Source: Promethearchaeota archaeon Loki_b31
Lineage (GTDB): Archaea > Asgardarchaeota > Lokiarchaeia > Sigyniarchaeales > SOKP01
Length of the DNA: 64,000 nt
Direction of reading: 5' to 3'
Assembly (NCBI GenBank): GCA_005222975.1
Contig: NJBI01000011.1
Span: forward strand, 17,810 to 81,809
The notes beneath the pieces are model-generated. The model was given only the letters and a program-made list of their open reading frames with translations. It was not told the DNA's origin and made no database searches. Positions 19,031-28,139 of this stretch are shown piece by piece. The position numbers and the translations under genes were made by a program. The stretch's first letter is position 1; each line of letters opens with the position of its first letter.

Positions 19031-20320
19031 GTGGAAATTCTATTGAGAGAAAAAAAATTTAGTAAATTTTTAAGGAGACAAGTATTACTGATTGGATTAC
19101 TTTATTGCGGTGATTATATTTTCTTCTTTTTTGAGCAAAACTACTTTAACACTTATATTGATCACGTTCTTAATCTTCCAGAAATCTATATATCACTAAT
19201 GGTTTCTTTATCTGCTACTATGGGATTGATTATGAATTTTGTATGGGGTGTTTTTAGTGATAATACGCGATCAAAATTCGGAAGGAGGCGTCCATATTTA
19301 CTTTTAGGAATGATAGCGGGAACTGCTATGATTTTCTATGGATTATCACCTAGTTTTTATATTTGCCTATTCATAGATGTCATCATTATAGGAATCTTTT
19401 CGAACGCGTATTTAGTTGCCGAAAGGTCTCTTATCCCAGACACAGTTGAAATTGAGAAGAGAGGTCGAGCAAATGGCATAATTAATGCTGTTAGCTATAT
19501 AGGATTATTAGTTGGCGTCGCTTTTTTGTTGGTTGGTAATGAACTATTTGGAGTCCAGGACCCTATCGATGGTGGAACGATCATTACTCAAGAAGGGCAT
19601 TTTATCTTACTTTCTGTAGGGGGTATAATCTTTGGATTAGTCGGATTAATTGGTTTCATTTTTATTAAAGAAAAACCAATATCTGAGCTTCCTGAAAAGA
19701 AACCATTTTTGAAAGAATTAAAAAATTCCTTTAATTTAAGAGAGTTTAAAGCTCAAAAAGAATTCTATAAAATTACACTGGCATTTATGGTTTTTCAGTC
19801 GGGAATCTCATCTGTGATGCCATTTCTGTTTGTCTTTATCTTTGATTTAGGCTTATCGACTATAGAATTGTTAACGGTAATTGCTGTAGCTTTTCCTATA
19901 TTATACGGTGTGACCTTATACCTTGGTAAAGTGGCTGATAAATTTGGTCGAAAAAGGTTTATTCCGTTATCCATTATATTGACTAGTATAGGATACCTAA
20001 TCGTTCCATTCACAGTGAGCGGTAATAATGTAAATTTCGTTCTATTTATAGTGATATTTCCATTTATCATGGTAGGATTGCTAGCCTTAGTAACTCCTCT
20101 AAATACTTGGACACAAGATTTATTACCTGAAGATAGACGAGGGACATTTAATGGTATATTCAATATAGTTTTTACCGTATCACAAGTAATTGGATCAATT
20201 GCGGGTGGGATAGTAGCAACCTTATTCGGAGTCCAATGGATTTTTCTATTAGGTCCTGTCTTTTTTATTGCTTCTATTCCACTTTTCCTAAAAGTAGAAG
20301 AGACTCTAAAGAAAGACTAG
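19031..20320 (+). CDS. MFS transporter (glycoside/sugar type)
   Basis: 12 TM segments; SDNTRSKFGRRRPY and ADKFGRKR motifs. Confidence 0.88.
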   Translation: MEILLREKKFSKFLRRQVLLIGLLYCGDYIFFFFEQNYFNTYIDHVLNLPEIYISLMVSLSATMGLIMNFVWGVFSDNTRSKFGRRRPYLLLGMIAGTAMIFYGLSPSFYICLFIDVIIIGIFSNAYLVAERSLIPDTVEIEKRGRANGIINAVSYIGLLVGVAFLLVGNELFGVQDPIDGGTIITQEGHFILLSVGGIIFGLVGLIGFIFIKEKPISELPEKKPFLKELKNSFNLREFKAQKEFYKITLAFMVFQSGISSVMPFLFVFIFDLGLSTIELLTVIAVAFPILYGVTLYLGKVADKFGRKRFIPLSIILTSIGYLIVPFTVSGNNVNFVLFIVIFPFIMVGLLALVTPLNTWTQDLLPEDRRGTFNGIFNIVFTVSQVIGSIAGGIVATLFGVQWIFLLGPVFFIASIPLFLKVEETLKKD

Positions 20321-20404
20321 ATAATTTTTTCTATATTTTTTTATTTTTTTTTTGTGGTATGATTATAAGTTCTAATAACTTTTCTCTATATCGATAGTTT
20401 CAAA

Positions 20405-21532
20405 ATGGTTAAATACTATAAACAAATAATAGAAGATAACATGGCGAATAAAATCAATATCGCTATTATTGGAATTGGAGATTGCGCAAGCGCCCTAATT
20501 CAAGGAGTAGAAAACTATAAAAAGAATCCCGATAAGATAATTGGATTACTACCAGAAATCAAACAATATAGCGTTAACAACATAAACTTTGTACTAGGGA
20601 TCGATGTTAATTCAAATAAGGTTGGAAAGGACTTAAGTGAAGCTATTTTCATTGAACCAAATTGCAATATCAAATTATTTGAACCCAAATTTTTAGATGC
20701 TCCTGTAATAAAAGGACCTGTGAAGGATGGATTAAATAGCAATATAAAAAAGATAATTCCCTTAGATAATAATCAACTTGATTCGGACGTTTCTAAAGAG
20801 ATAAAAAAGAAAAATGTTGATGTTGCAGTAATACTACTTCCTACTGGAAGCCATAACGCAGTGAAGTTTTATGCTATGGCTGCTCTCAATGCTGGCGCCT
20901 GTGTTATTAATGGAATGCCGTCATATGTAGCTAAGGACCCTGAAATCGTTAAGAAAGCCGAAGATTTATCCCTCTCATTAATAGGTGACGATGTAAAATC
21001 TCAGATAGGCGCTACTATTATTCATCGCTCATTAGCAAATCTCTTTCCTATGAGAGGAGCAATTCTCGATCGCACAATTCAATTAGATTGGGGAGGATCG
21101 TCAGATTTTTGTAATTTATTAACTCCAAGAGCTAATGGAAAGCTAGTCTATGAAGAAGGAAAACGACAAGCTAAAACTGAAGCAGTTGTAGCAAATCTTC
21201 AAAATAAAGACACTATAGAATGTCAAATCTCAGCTGTAGACTATATTCCTTTCTTAAAGAATCAAAAGGAAGCGTATATGAGATTAGAAGGTCGAATTTT
21301 TGGAGGTGCTCCAGTTAGGGTTGATATTACGATGTTTGTGGAAGATGGAAATAATTCTGCGGGAGTAATAGCAGATTGTATTAGAGTTTCTAAAATTGCT
21401 AAAGATCGCAAAATTGGAGGTGTTCTACACTCAGCTTGCTCTTTCTTTAATAAACATCCTCCAGAACAATTAGAGGATTACGTAGCAAAAATTCGCCTTG
21501 TAGAGTTTATAGAAAATAAAAGGGAAAGGTAA
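20405..21532 (+). CDS. ino1: myo-inositol-1-phosphate synthase (probable start ATG 20441)
   Basis: IGIGDCASAL, LPTGS, GDDVKSQIGATIIH, DYIPFL, NSAGV, KHPP. Confidence 0.9.
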   Translation: MVKYYKQIIEDNMANKINIAIIGIGDCASALIQGVENYKKNPDKIIGLLPEIKQYSVNNINFVLGIDVNSNKVGKDLSEAIFIEPNCNIKLFEPKFLDAPVIKGPVKDGLNSNIKKIIPLDNNQLDSDVSKEIKKKNVDVAVILLPTGSHNAVKFYAMAALNAGACVINGMPSYVAKDPEIVKKAEDLSLSLIGDDVKSQIGATIIHRSLANLFPMRGAILDRTIQLDWGGSSDFCNLLTPRANGKLVYEEGKRQAKTEAVVANLQNKDTIECQISAVDYIPFLKNQKEAYMRLEGRIFGGAPVRVDITMFVEDGNNSAGVIADCIRVSKIAKDRKIGGVLHSACSFFNKHPPEQLEDYVAKIRLVEFIENKRER

Positions 21533-21562
21533 ACTCAAGGAACTTTTTCTTCACTTGCATAT

Positions 21563-22474
21563 TTAACTTTTTGCTCTAATAAGCGCACTTCGGTAAGTTT
21601 CTCTCATATTTATCAAGTTATAAATGTTATCTGAAACCAGACTCACTCCTTCAGGTATACTCCTAAAACTTGGGAAGTCGTTTACATCTACAATGTAAGG
21701 ACCTTTTTCAGTCATAATGTAATCTAATCCAAAAATAGACATTCCAAACTTTCGTCCTAATCTTATAATCCTTCTTTTAAATCGCTCGTCTACAGGAACT
21801 CTAATATGGATTAGTTCTAACGGAGACAAATCTTTATTTTTTTGTAAGCGATTATGCGAAGTAATTGAAACAACCCAATTACCTATAACATATACTTTAT
21901 AGATAATATCGTGCTCACCTAAATATTCTTGTAAAAATAACTCACTCTCGTTATAGCTTTGTATCAATTCAACTAATTCTTTCGAGTTTTTAGCAATTCC
22001 AATAATTCTATCGTTTTTAGGTAGCTCTGGTATGTTATGGGAGTTCAACTTAACTATAATTTTAGCACCCTCCTGACATGCTTTCCAAGCGTCTTGTTTG
22101 GTATAATAAGTGAGTGGTATTTGGATTTTCTTACATCTATTCTTGATTAATTCAAAAGTGTTTGTTCTACTCTCACAAATATGGACAGAATTTAACGAAT
22201 TTAGAATTGGGATATTTGGAGAAACGTTTCTAATAACTTTGTAGATATTTTCGTTAGATTTTTGGGTCGTAAGTTTAACAATCAAAAAGGAAATAGGGTA
22301 TTTTTTCAATCTTTTTTCTAAATATTTTTCATTAAAATTTTCAGGTCCATTTTTCATTAAATTGACTAAATAAATATTATAATTCTTTAATAGGAATTTC
22401 TTGATATGTTCTAAAACCTCAAGATCCCTATTACAAATGGCTCCTACATATTTCCTTTTTATATTATTCGCCAT
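21563..22474 (-). CDS. ITPK1-like ATP-grasp inositol phosphate kinase (B)
   Basis: LQEYL, YKVYVIG, IFGLDY, IVDVNDFPSF. Confidence 0.78.
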   Translation of the reverse strand: MANNIKRKYVGAICNRDLEVLEHIKKFLLKNYNIYLVNLMKNGPENFNEKYLEKRLKKYPISFLIVKLTTQKSNENIYKVIRNVSPNIPILNSLNSVHICESRTNTFELIKNRCKKIQIPLTYYTKQDAWKACQEGAKIIVKLNSHNIPELPKNDRIIGIAKNSKELVELIQSYNESELFLQEYLGEHDIIYKVYVIGNWVVSITSHNRLQKNKDLSPLELIHIRVPVDERFKRRIIRLGRKFGMSIFGLDYIMTEKGPYIVDVNDFPSFRSIPEGVSLVSDNIYNLINMRETYRSALIRAKS

Positions 22475-22702
22475 TTAAAAAACCCTATTAATTTGATTTT
22501 TTAAAAGCAAACCATAGTATATAAATGTATTGTTTGAGCGTATTTTCAGCCATTAAGTTTTTTTTTTTTTTCATTAATGAAGAATTAGATTATAATAATA
22601 AATTCAAGATAATTCAATATTATATAGAAGTATGAATTTTATTAGTTTGTTAGTAAAATATCTTTTTAGAATTTAAAGTAATTGAATTAAAAGGTTAATT
22701 TT

Positions 22703-23521
22703 TTGATAAAAATTGGTATTATTATCGATAAGTACCATTTGCAGAAAAAAACCTCGCAACTTATTGAATATTTGTCCACAGTAGCAAAAATTTCTCTATA
22801 TCTTGAAGAAGATTATCTAATAGATTATTCTAACTTTGATTTTAATGAGGATATCTTTTTTGTCAAGGCTAAAGGTGATTTAATATTAAATCTAATAAAG
22901 TTGATTGAAAGAGAAACAGATATTCCTGTAATTAATTCATCAAGAGGAATATGGTTAGCTATTAATAGATTTTTAAATAGTACTTTTCTAAGACAATCAG
23001 GAATACGAGTCCCTAATTTTACTTTAAACGCTAAAGGATTACTTCCGCCTTTTACTGATTATATTATAAAAAATATCATAGATCAAAAGAACTATGCTTT
23101 TAGCCCCCAAATTCAAAGAATTAACGGATACTTAAATATTTCCGATCAAAGGGCATTAGACGAAGTAAACGGAGAGAAAGCAAAATATACCTATCTCTAT
23201 TACCAAGAATTTATTAAAAGTAAATGGGAATATAAAGTATATTGCATTGGTGATGACCTGTTTTATTACAAACAACTACCAATATTAGTAAATCCCGATA
23301 AAATGAAAACTAGGCGAAAAATTGATAAAATTCCTGAGCTAAAAGAAATTACCTTAAAAGCTTTAAAAACGATAGGATTAAAAATAAGTTCTTTAGATTT
23401 TCTAAGATCAAAGGAAGGTGAATTCTTCCTAACAGACATAAATTCGTCGCCCAATTTTAATTACATAAAAAATGGTCCAAAAATTATTGGAGATTATTTA
23501 ATTAAACAAGCTAAAAATTAA
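22703..23521 (+). CDS. ITPK1-like ATP-grasp protein (C)
   Basis: YQEFI, YKVYCIGD, SLDF, LTDINSSPNF; TTG start. Confidence 0.68.
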   Translation: MIKIGIIIDKYHLQKKTSQLIEYLSTVAKISLYLEEDYLIDYSNFDFNEDIFFVKAKGDLILNLIKLIERETDIPVINSSRGIWLAINRFLNSTFLRQSGIRVPNFTLNAKGLLPPFTDYIIKNIIDQKNYAFSPQIQRINGYLNISDQRALDEVNGEKAKYTYLYYQEFIKSKWEYKVYCIGDDLFYYKQLPILVNPDKMKTRRKIDKIPELKEITLKALKTIGLKISSLDFLRSKEGEFFLTDINSSPNFNYIKNGPKIIGDYLIKQAKN

Positions 23522-23535
23522 GTTTAACAAATAAA

Positions 23536-24327
23536 ATGAAAATTGGAATATTATCAAAAAGAACAAGAAACTTCACTGGTAAAATCAAGCTTTACTTAGA
23601 AAAAAAAGGACACGCAGTGAATATTTATACTGCTAGCAATCTATGCATTAATGATGCTCTCTTAGTAAACGATTTTTACATATTAAAATCTAAGCATCTA
23701 TTTTATCTATATGCGGGTTATTTTTTAGAAGCGAATAATATTCCCGTTATCCCAAGTACAGATATTAGTTATCGACATAAAAATCGAATTGAATCTTACT
23801 TTTCTATTAAAAATACTAATCTCTTACTTCCAAATGTTTTTATGGGAGCTATTGATACTTTAAAAGGTCAATTAAAAACATCTGATTTACCACTTATTTT
23901 AAAACCACTTTTTGGCTCTGGAAGTAAGGGAGTGAAAATTATTAATTCTTTTCACGATTTTAATGATATTGACGAAAAGAATCTTTATTTAGAAAAGTTT
24001 ATTGAAGGCACTCACTACTTAGTATACTTTATAGGCAATGAGATCTGTATCTGTGAAAAAAAACCTTTAGCAAACGAACACGACAAGGTAAAATTAATTC
24101 ATTCTGATAGTGAGATGGAAGAATATATAATGAAATGGAAGAATAAATATAATCTTTTATTTGGCCACCTAGATCTTATAAGAGATAACAACACTGATAA
24201 ATTATACGTTGTAGATGCGGGAACCTTTCCTGAATTTTCAAATTGGAAACATAATACTGATCCCGTTTCGAAAGTATGTAATTTGATTCTGGATAGATAT
24301 CAACAAATAAAAAATAAAACGGAGTAA
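23536..24327 (+). CDS. ATP-grasp protein (D), degenerate ITPK1/RimK-like
   Basis: LILKPLFGSGSKGV, LEKFI, HLDL, VVDAGTFPEF. Confidence 0.65.
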   Translation: MKIGILSKRTRNFTGKIKLYLEKKGHAVNIYTASNLCINDALLVNDFYILKSKHLFYLYAGYFLEANNIPVIPSTDISYRHKNRIESYFSIKNTNLLLPNVFMGAIDTLKGQLKTSDLPLILKPLFGSGSKGVKIINSFHDFNDIDEKNLYLEKFIEGTHYLVYFIGNEICICEKKPLANEHDKVKLIHSDSEMEEYIMKWKNKYNLLFGHLDLIRDNNTDKLYVVDAGTFPEFSNWKHNTDPVSKVCNLILDRYQQIKNKTE

Positions 24328-24364
24328 AAGTTTAAAAAAGAGGTATAGAATTTTTACATTAAAA

Positions 24365-25375
24365 ATGAATTCGGCCAACAATTCTCCTGGTTCAGACGAA
24401 TATGACTATGCGAAATCTTTAATATTCAAAAAACAAAAGGTTAAATTATATGAGATTAAACACTTTCTTTTTGATTTTGGAGGAGTATTAATAGAAAAGA
24501 CATTTGTATTAAATAATTTATTTGCTTTTATTGAGCATGATCTAAATATTAAAATTCCATCAAAAGAAATTGATCCATATCTCAAAAAATTAAGACGGAG
24601 GTTATCGTCTGGAAGGATTTCTGCTAGAACATTTTTAGAATCGATATTTGAGATGTATTACATCCCTTTCCAAAAAAAAAATGAAGCGTTACCGCCAAAA
24701 AAAGTTAATATCAAGTATTACTTGGAGCTTTGGTTTAATCTTTATACTCAAGTTACACACATATCGTCTGATATGGCAGAAATTGTTGAGCGTCTACATT
24801 TAGCGGGGTATACAGTAAGTCTTTTGTCAAATACTTATGACATTCATGCGAAATCAAATGAATTAAGGGGTTTTTACGATAATTTTGATAACGTGTTTTT
24901 ATCGAACGAAATTGGATTAATTAAACCCGATATGGATAAATACATATATGTATTAAAAAAATTAGGTTCCAAACCAAAAAGATGTATTTTTATTGACGAT
25001 AAAATAAGTAATCTTATTCCTGCGCATGAATTAGGAATAATCGTTATAAAATTCGAATCTTTCGAAAAGTTTAAACAGCAATTAAACGATATAGGCATAA
25101 AAGAAATAAGCCCAAATTTAAGGAAAGAAATCAAGAAAAAGTATGAATCGTATAAAAAAAAGAAAAAGGAATACAACAAAATAAAAAGGGAATACAAGAA
25201 GGCTAAAAATAAGTATCTAAAAAAAAGATATAGAAAGAAAAAATCGTTAAAGAGAAGGCTTGAATTCCAAAAAAAGCGAGCAGAATACCAAAAGAAAAAG
25301 ATTGAATATCAAAATGAAAGGGATAAGAAAAAGGAAGAACTGATATCTAAAGTTAAATTAAATTTTTATAGGTAA
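24365..25375 (+). CDS. HAD-superfamily phosphatase with Lys/Arg-rich C-terminal coiled coil
   Basis: FDFGGVL, LSNT, KP, FIDD motifs; ~80-aa polybasic tail. Confidence 0.85.
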   Translation: MNSANNSPGSDEYDYAKSLIFKKQKVKLYEIKHFLFDFGGVLIEKTFVLNNLFAFIEHDLNIKIPSKEIDPYLKKLRRRLSSGRISARTFLESIFEMYYIPFQKKNEALPPKKVNIKYYLELWFNLYTQVTHISSDMAEIVERLHLAGYTVSLLSNTYDIHAKSNELRGFYDNFDNVFLSNEIGLIKPDMDKYIYVLKKLGSKPKRCIFIDDKISNLIPAHELGIIVIKFESFEKFKQQLNDIGIKEISPNLRKEIKKKYESYKKKKKEYNKIKREYKKAKNKYLKKRYRKKKSLKRRLEFQKKRAEYQKKKIEYQNERDKKKEELISKVKLNFYR

Positions 25376-25382
25376 TTAACCA

Positions 25383-26513
25383 TTATTTATTTTCTTCTGT
25401 TTCGTTATCGCGTTCTTTATTGTAAGCTTCTACCTTTTCCATAACGGATTCTGCGGGTGTTGCTGCGGGAATTGGCATTTTTTCGTAAATTTCAATAAAC
25501 TTTACATTCTCTATATCTTCGCTCATATGAGTCTGAAGGTCCATGGCAAGACCAAATTTTAAGTAAGTGAGATTTTGGAACAGAAACATTTTAGGGATTG
25601 TAATTTCTAGAGTTTTATCCTCCGCATGATTTATAATAAATTCAGCAGCACTCTCTTTAGGAATCCCCTTTGTAATCATGAAATATTCAATTTTTTCGTT
25701 AAAACCTTCGATTTTATCGATAATCTCTAGGTTGTAGTCGATTGATTGACCTGCCAAAGGATGGTTGTAGTCGATAATAACTTTTCCTTGCATAATATTA
25801 GAAACTACACCTCTTTGACCTTTTTTATTGGTAAAATCTTGACCATATTCGGGGTTCTTGCCTTCATTTAATTTTCTAAATTTAGCGATGCCAATTCTTT
25901 CGATTTTTTGAGGGTCTCTTTTACCAAATGCTTTAGTAGGGGGTATTCTTACAGATTTTTTTTCAAAGTAATTCATTTCTTTAATTGTATCAGTTAATCC
26001 CTCGTTTACAAATCCTGGCTTTCCAGCAATAATGAATTCTGGGGTGTAATAACCTTGTTTACCCTTTTCTTCTTCGTAAATCCCAGCTTTTCTTGCGTCC
26101 TCCTCGGTAGAAACTCTAAAAACTTTACCTTTTTGGGTTCTTGCTGTCATTTTTAAGAGTACAAAATCACCTTCGTCAACTTTTTTTCCTTGTAATTTTG
26201 CCTTCTTTTCTTCTAATTTCTTAGCTTCTTCTTGAATTCTTTTTTCTTCCTCTGCTTCTGCTTCCACTTCTGCGGAGATTTTATCGTTTTCTACTGTACT
26301 ACCATCTGAGGTAGCCTTATTTGAGTACCCTAACAAATCTTTTGCGTTACTTACGAATTTTTCAGCAGTAGCCTTTCCAATACCTTTAAGTTGTGTTAAC
26401 TCATCCACATCCGCATTTGCTAATTTCTCAACTGTATCAATCCCAGCTTCTATTAGAACTTCCTGTTTTTTGCCAACACCTTTCACATCTTCTAAATTCA
26501 TTCCTAAAACCAT
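25383..26513 (-). CDS. Long-type FKBP/SlyD PPIase with N-terminal helix-hairpin-helix domain
   Basis: VKGVG..AGIDTVEKLA..LKGIGKATA HhH; IPPTKAFGKRD and DYNHPLAG FKBP motifs. Confidence 0.88.
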   Translation of the reverse strand: MVLGMNLEDVKGVGKKQEVLIEAGIDTVEKLANADVDELTQLKGIGKATAEKFVSNAKDLLGYSNKATSDGSTVENDKISAEVEAEAEEEKRIQEEAKKLEEKKAKLQGKKVDEGDFVLLKMTARTQKGKVFRVSTEEDARKAGIYEEEKGKQGYYTPEFIIAGKPGFVNEGLTDTIKEMNYFEKKSVRIPPTKAFGKRDPQKIERIGIAKFRKLNEGKNPEYGQDFTNKKGQRGVVSNIMQGKVIIDYNHPLAGQSIDYNLEIIDKIEGFNEKIEYFMITKGIPKESAAEFIINHAEDKTLEITIPKMFLFQNLTYLKFGLAMDLQTHMSEDIENVKFIEIYEKMPIPAATPAESVMEKVEAYNKERDNETEENK

Positions 26514-26583
26514 TAAATAATATTAGTTAAGTTATAACCAATTAGATTTTAAAATTTTTCATTACTTATTACTTTTTCTAAAT

Positions 26584-26706
26584 TTAAGATACTGGCTCAT
26601 ACAAAATTCCTAATTCGTCAGCATAATTCTTAACATCGTGCATTTCTTCTATTGAAGGTCTTCTGTTTATTTCTTTATATTTATAAACTAAATATTCGGG
26701 GTGATA
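26584..26706 (-). pseudogene. Orphan second copy of the last 40 codons of the radical-SAM gene at 28110-29222
   Basis: Translates to YHPEYLVYKYKEINRRPSIEEMHDVKNYADELGILYEPVS*, 23/40 identical without gaps to FHPEY...WRPVS*. Confidence 0.9.
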
Positions 26707-26867
26707 AGAGATCAGAAAAAATTAAGTTTTTCTTTTTATAGAACCATTAGTATTAATATTCCTTATTTAAACAATAATTTTTGTTTAAATACATGTGTTC
26801 TAATAATATAGTATAGTGTATATACATATTTTTAGCCAAGAGGGCAGAAAGTAGAGATTTTGATATC

Positions 26868-28139
26868 TTGAAGGAAACAGGAGTGTATTTGATTAATGGG
26901 ACAATTAAAGAAAAAATTGCTGATGCTGCAGCTCTTTTCAAAGCAATAAGGAAACAGATTTCATTGTATCCAAATCCTTGTTATTGTATCAGAAAAGCCA
27001 TTGAAAATGCTGAGTTCTTCAGTTTGTTGCTTGGTTTAAAACCTTATTATTTTACATATAAAAGTCAAAGAAGTCAAAGAGGTAAGCAATTAGGTTTAGA
27101 CCTTTTAATAAGAATTGAAACAATTCTGATGAAATCATTTGATTATTGGAGACAGAAAGAATCCGACTCAAAATTAATTGACAAGATTACTTTCATAAGG
27201 GATAATATTAGAAAGATCATTGAAAGTTATAAAGCTTCTAACAAACTTAAGTTATATGCTCATGGTTCAAATGGTGTTTTAGAACAACACCCTGATCTAA
27301 AACTAGATTATTTTAAAAATATTGACTCTCTAGAAAAAGCGTATTGGCTTGGTTGTTTGTTTGCTGAAGCTTATATTACTATTAAGAAACTTAAAAGTGG
27401 TAAAAAATATTATCAATTAGGAGTTGGATGTGTACAAGATGATTTCATTTTATTAGAAAGGTTTGCAGATGCTCTTGGCTTAGATATTGTAAATAATGAA
27501 CCCCGTAAAGAAAAATATATTACTTCTAAAGGAGAAGTGCATCTATTTAGACGAATTACATTAATTAATAATTATTTTTGTAAAAATCTCATATCTCATG
27601 GATTTATTGTGGGAAAAAAAAAATCAAAAAACATAAGATTACCAAAATTTAAAATTCGAGAACTATTACTAGTGTTTCTACTTGGTTATTATGATGGAGA
27701 TGGAACAATGGGGAGATCTAGAATAACTTCTAGTAGTGAGAAGTTTCTTGAAGATATTTTAAATTCGCCATTCTTAAATATACACATTTCTAATTCCAAT
27801 TCCATCCAATATGATCCAGTTAAAAAATCATACATAATCACAGGAGATAGAATAAGTATAGGAGCAGACTTAATGAGAGAAATAGTTAAAAATTATAAGA
27901 ATAGCCTACCAAGAAAGCGAGCTTATTGGGAGAATTGGGTTGATAACCGTACAAATAAACCTTCTCCAAAAATGGATTTATTAAGAGAAAAACTACCTGA
28001 AGAGGAACTAATAAACCTTATGAAAAAATTTACTCTAAAACAAATTGCATATATGTACGGAGTTGGGTATAGAACTTTAATGGATTATAAAGGCAAATTA
28101 AATATATATTTAAGAGACAGGTCTCCAGAAGATTCCTAA
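26868..28139 (+). mobile_element. Free-standing two-motif LAGLIDADG homing endonuclease with C-terminal HTH
   Basis: KAYWLGCLFAEAY and FLLGYYDGDG motifs, FTLKQIAYMYGVGYRTL HTH; flanked by duplicated host-gene 3' ends. Confidence 0.82.

Noticed and set aside
18014-24327. RimK/LysX peptide ligase or RiPP (ATP-grasp) cluster
   Set aside because: Asp replaces the ligase ExN glutamate in all four proteins, no precursor peptide is evident, and ino1 sits in the middle
16654-25375. tRNA-Gly-anchored genomic island
   Set aside because: No integrase, no duplicated tRNA 3' end seen, and no obvious compositional shift
26868-28139. Intein or intron-encoded endonuclease
   Set aside because: Antisense to the host gene, no intein splicing residues, and the host ORF is complete without splicing
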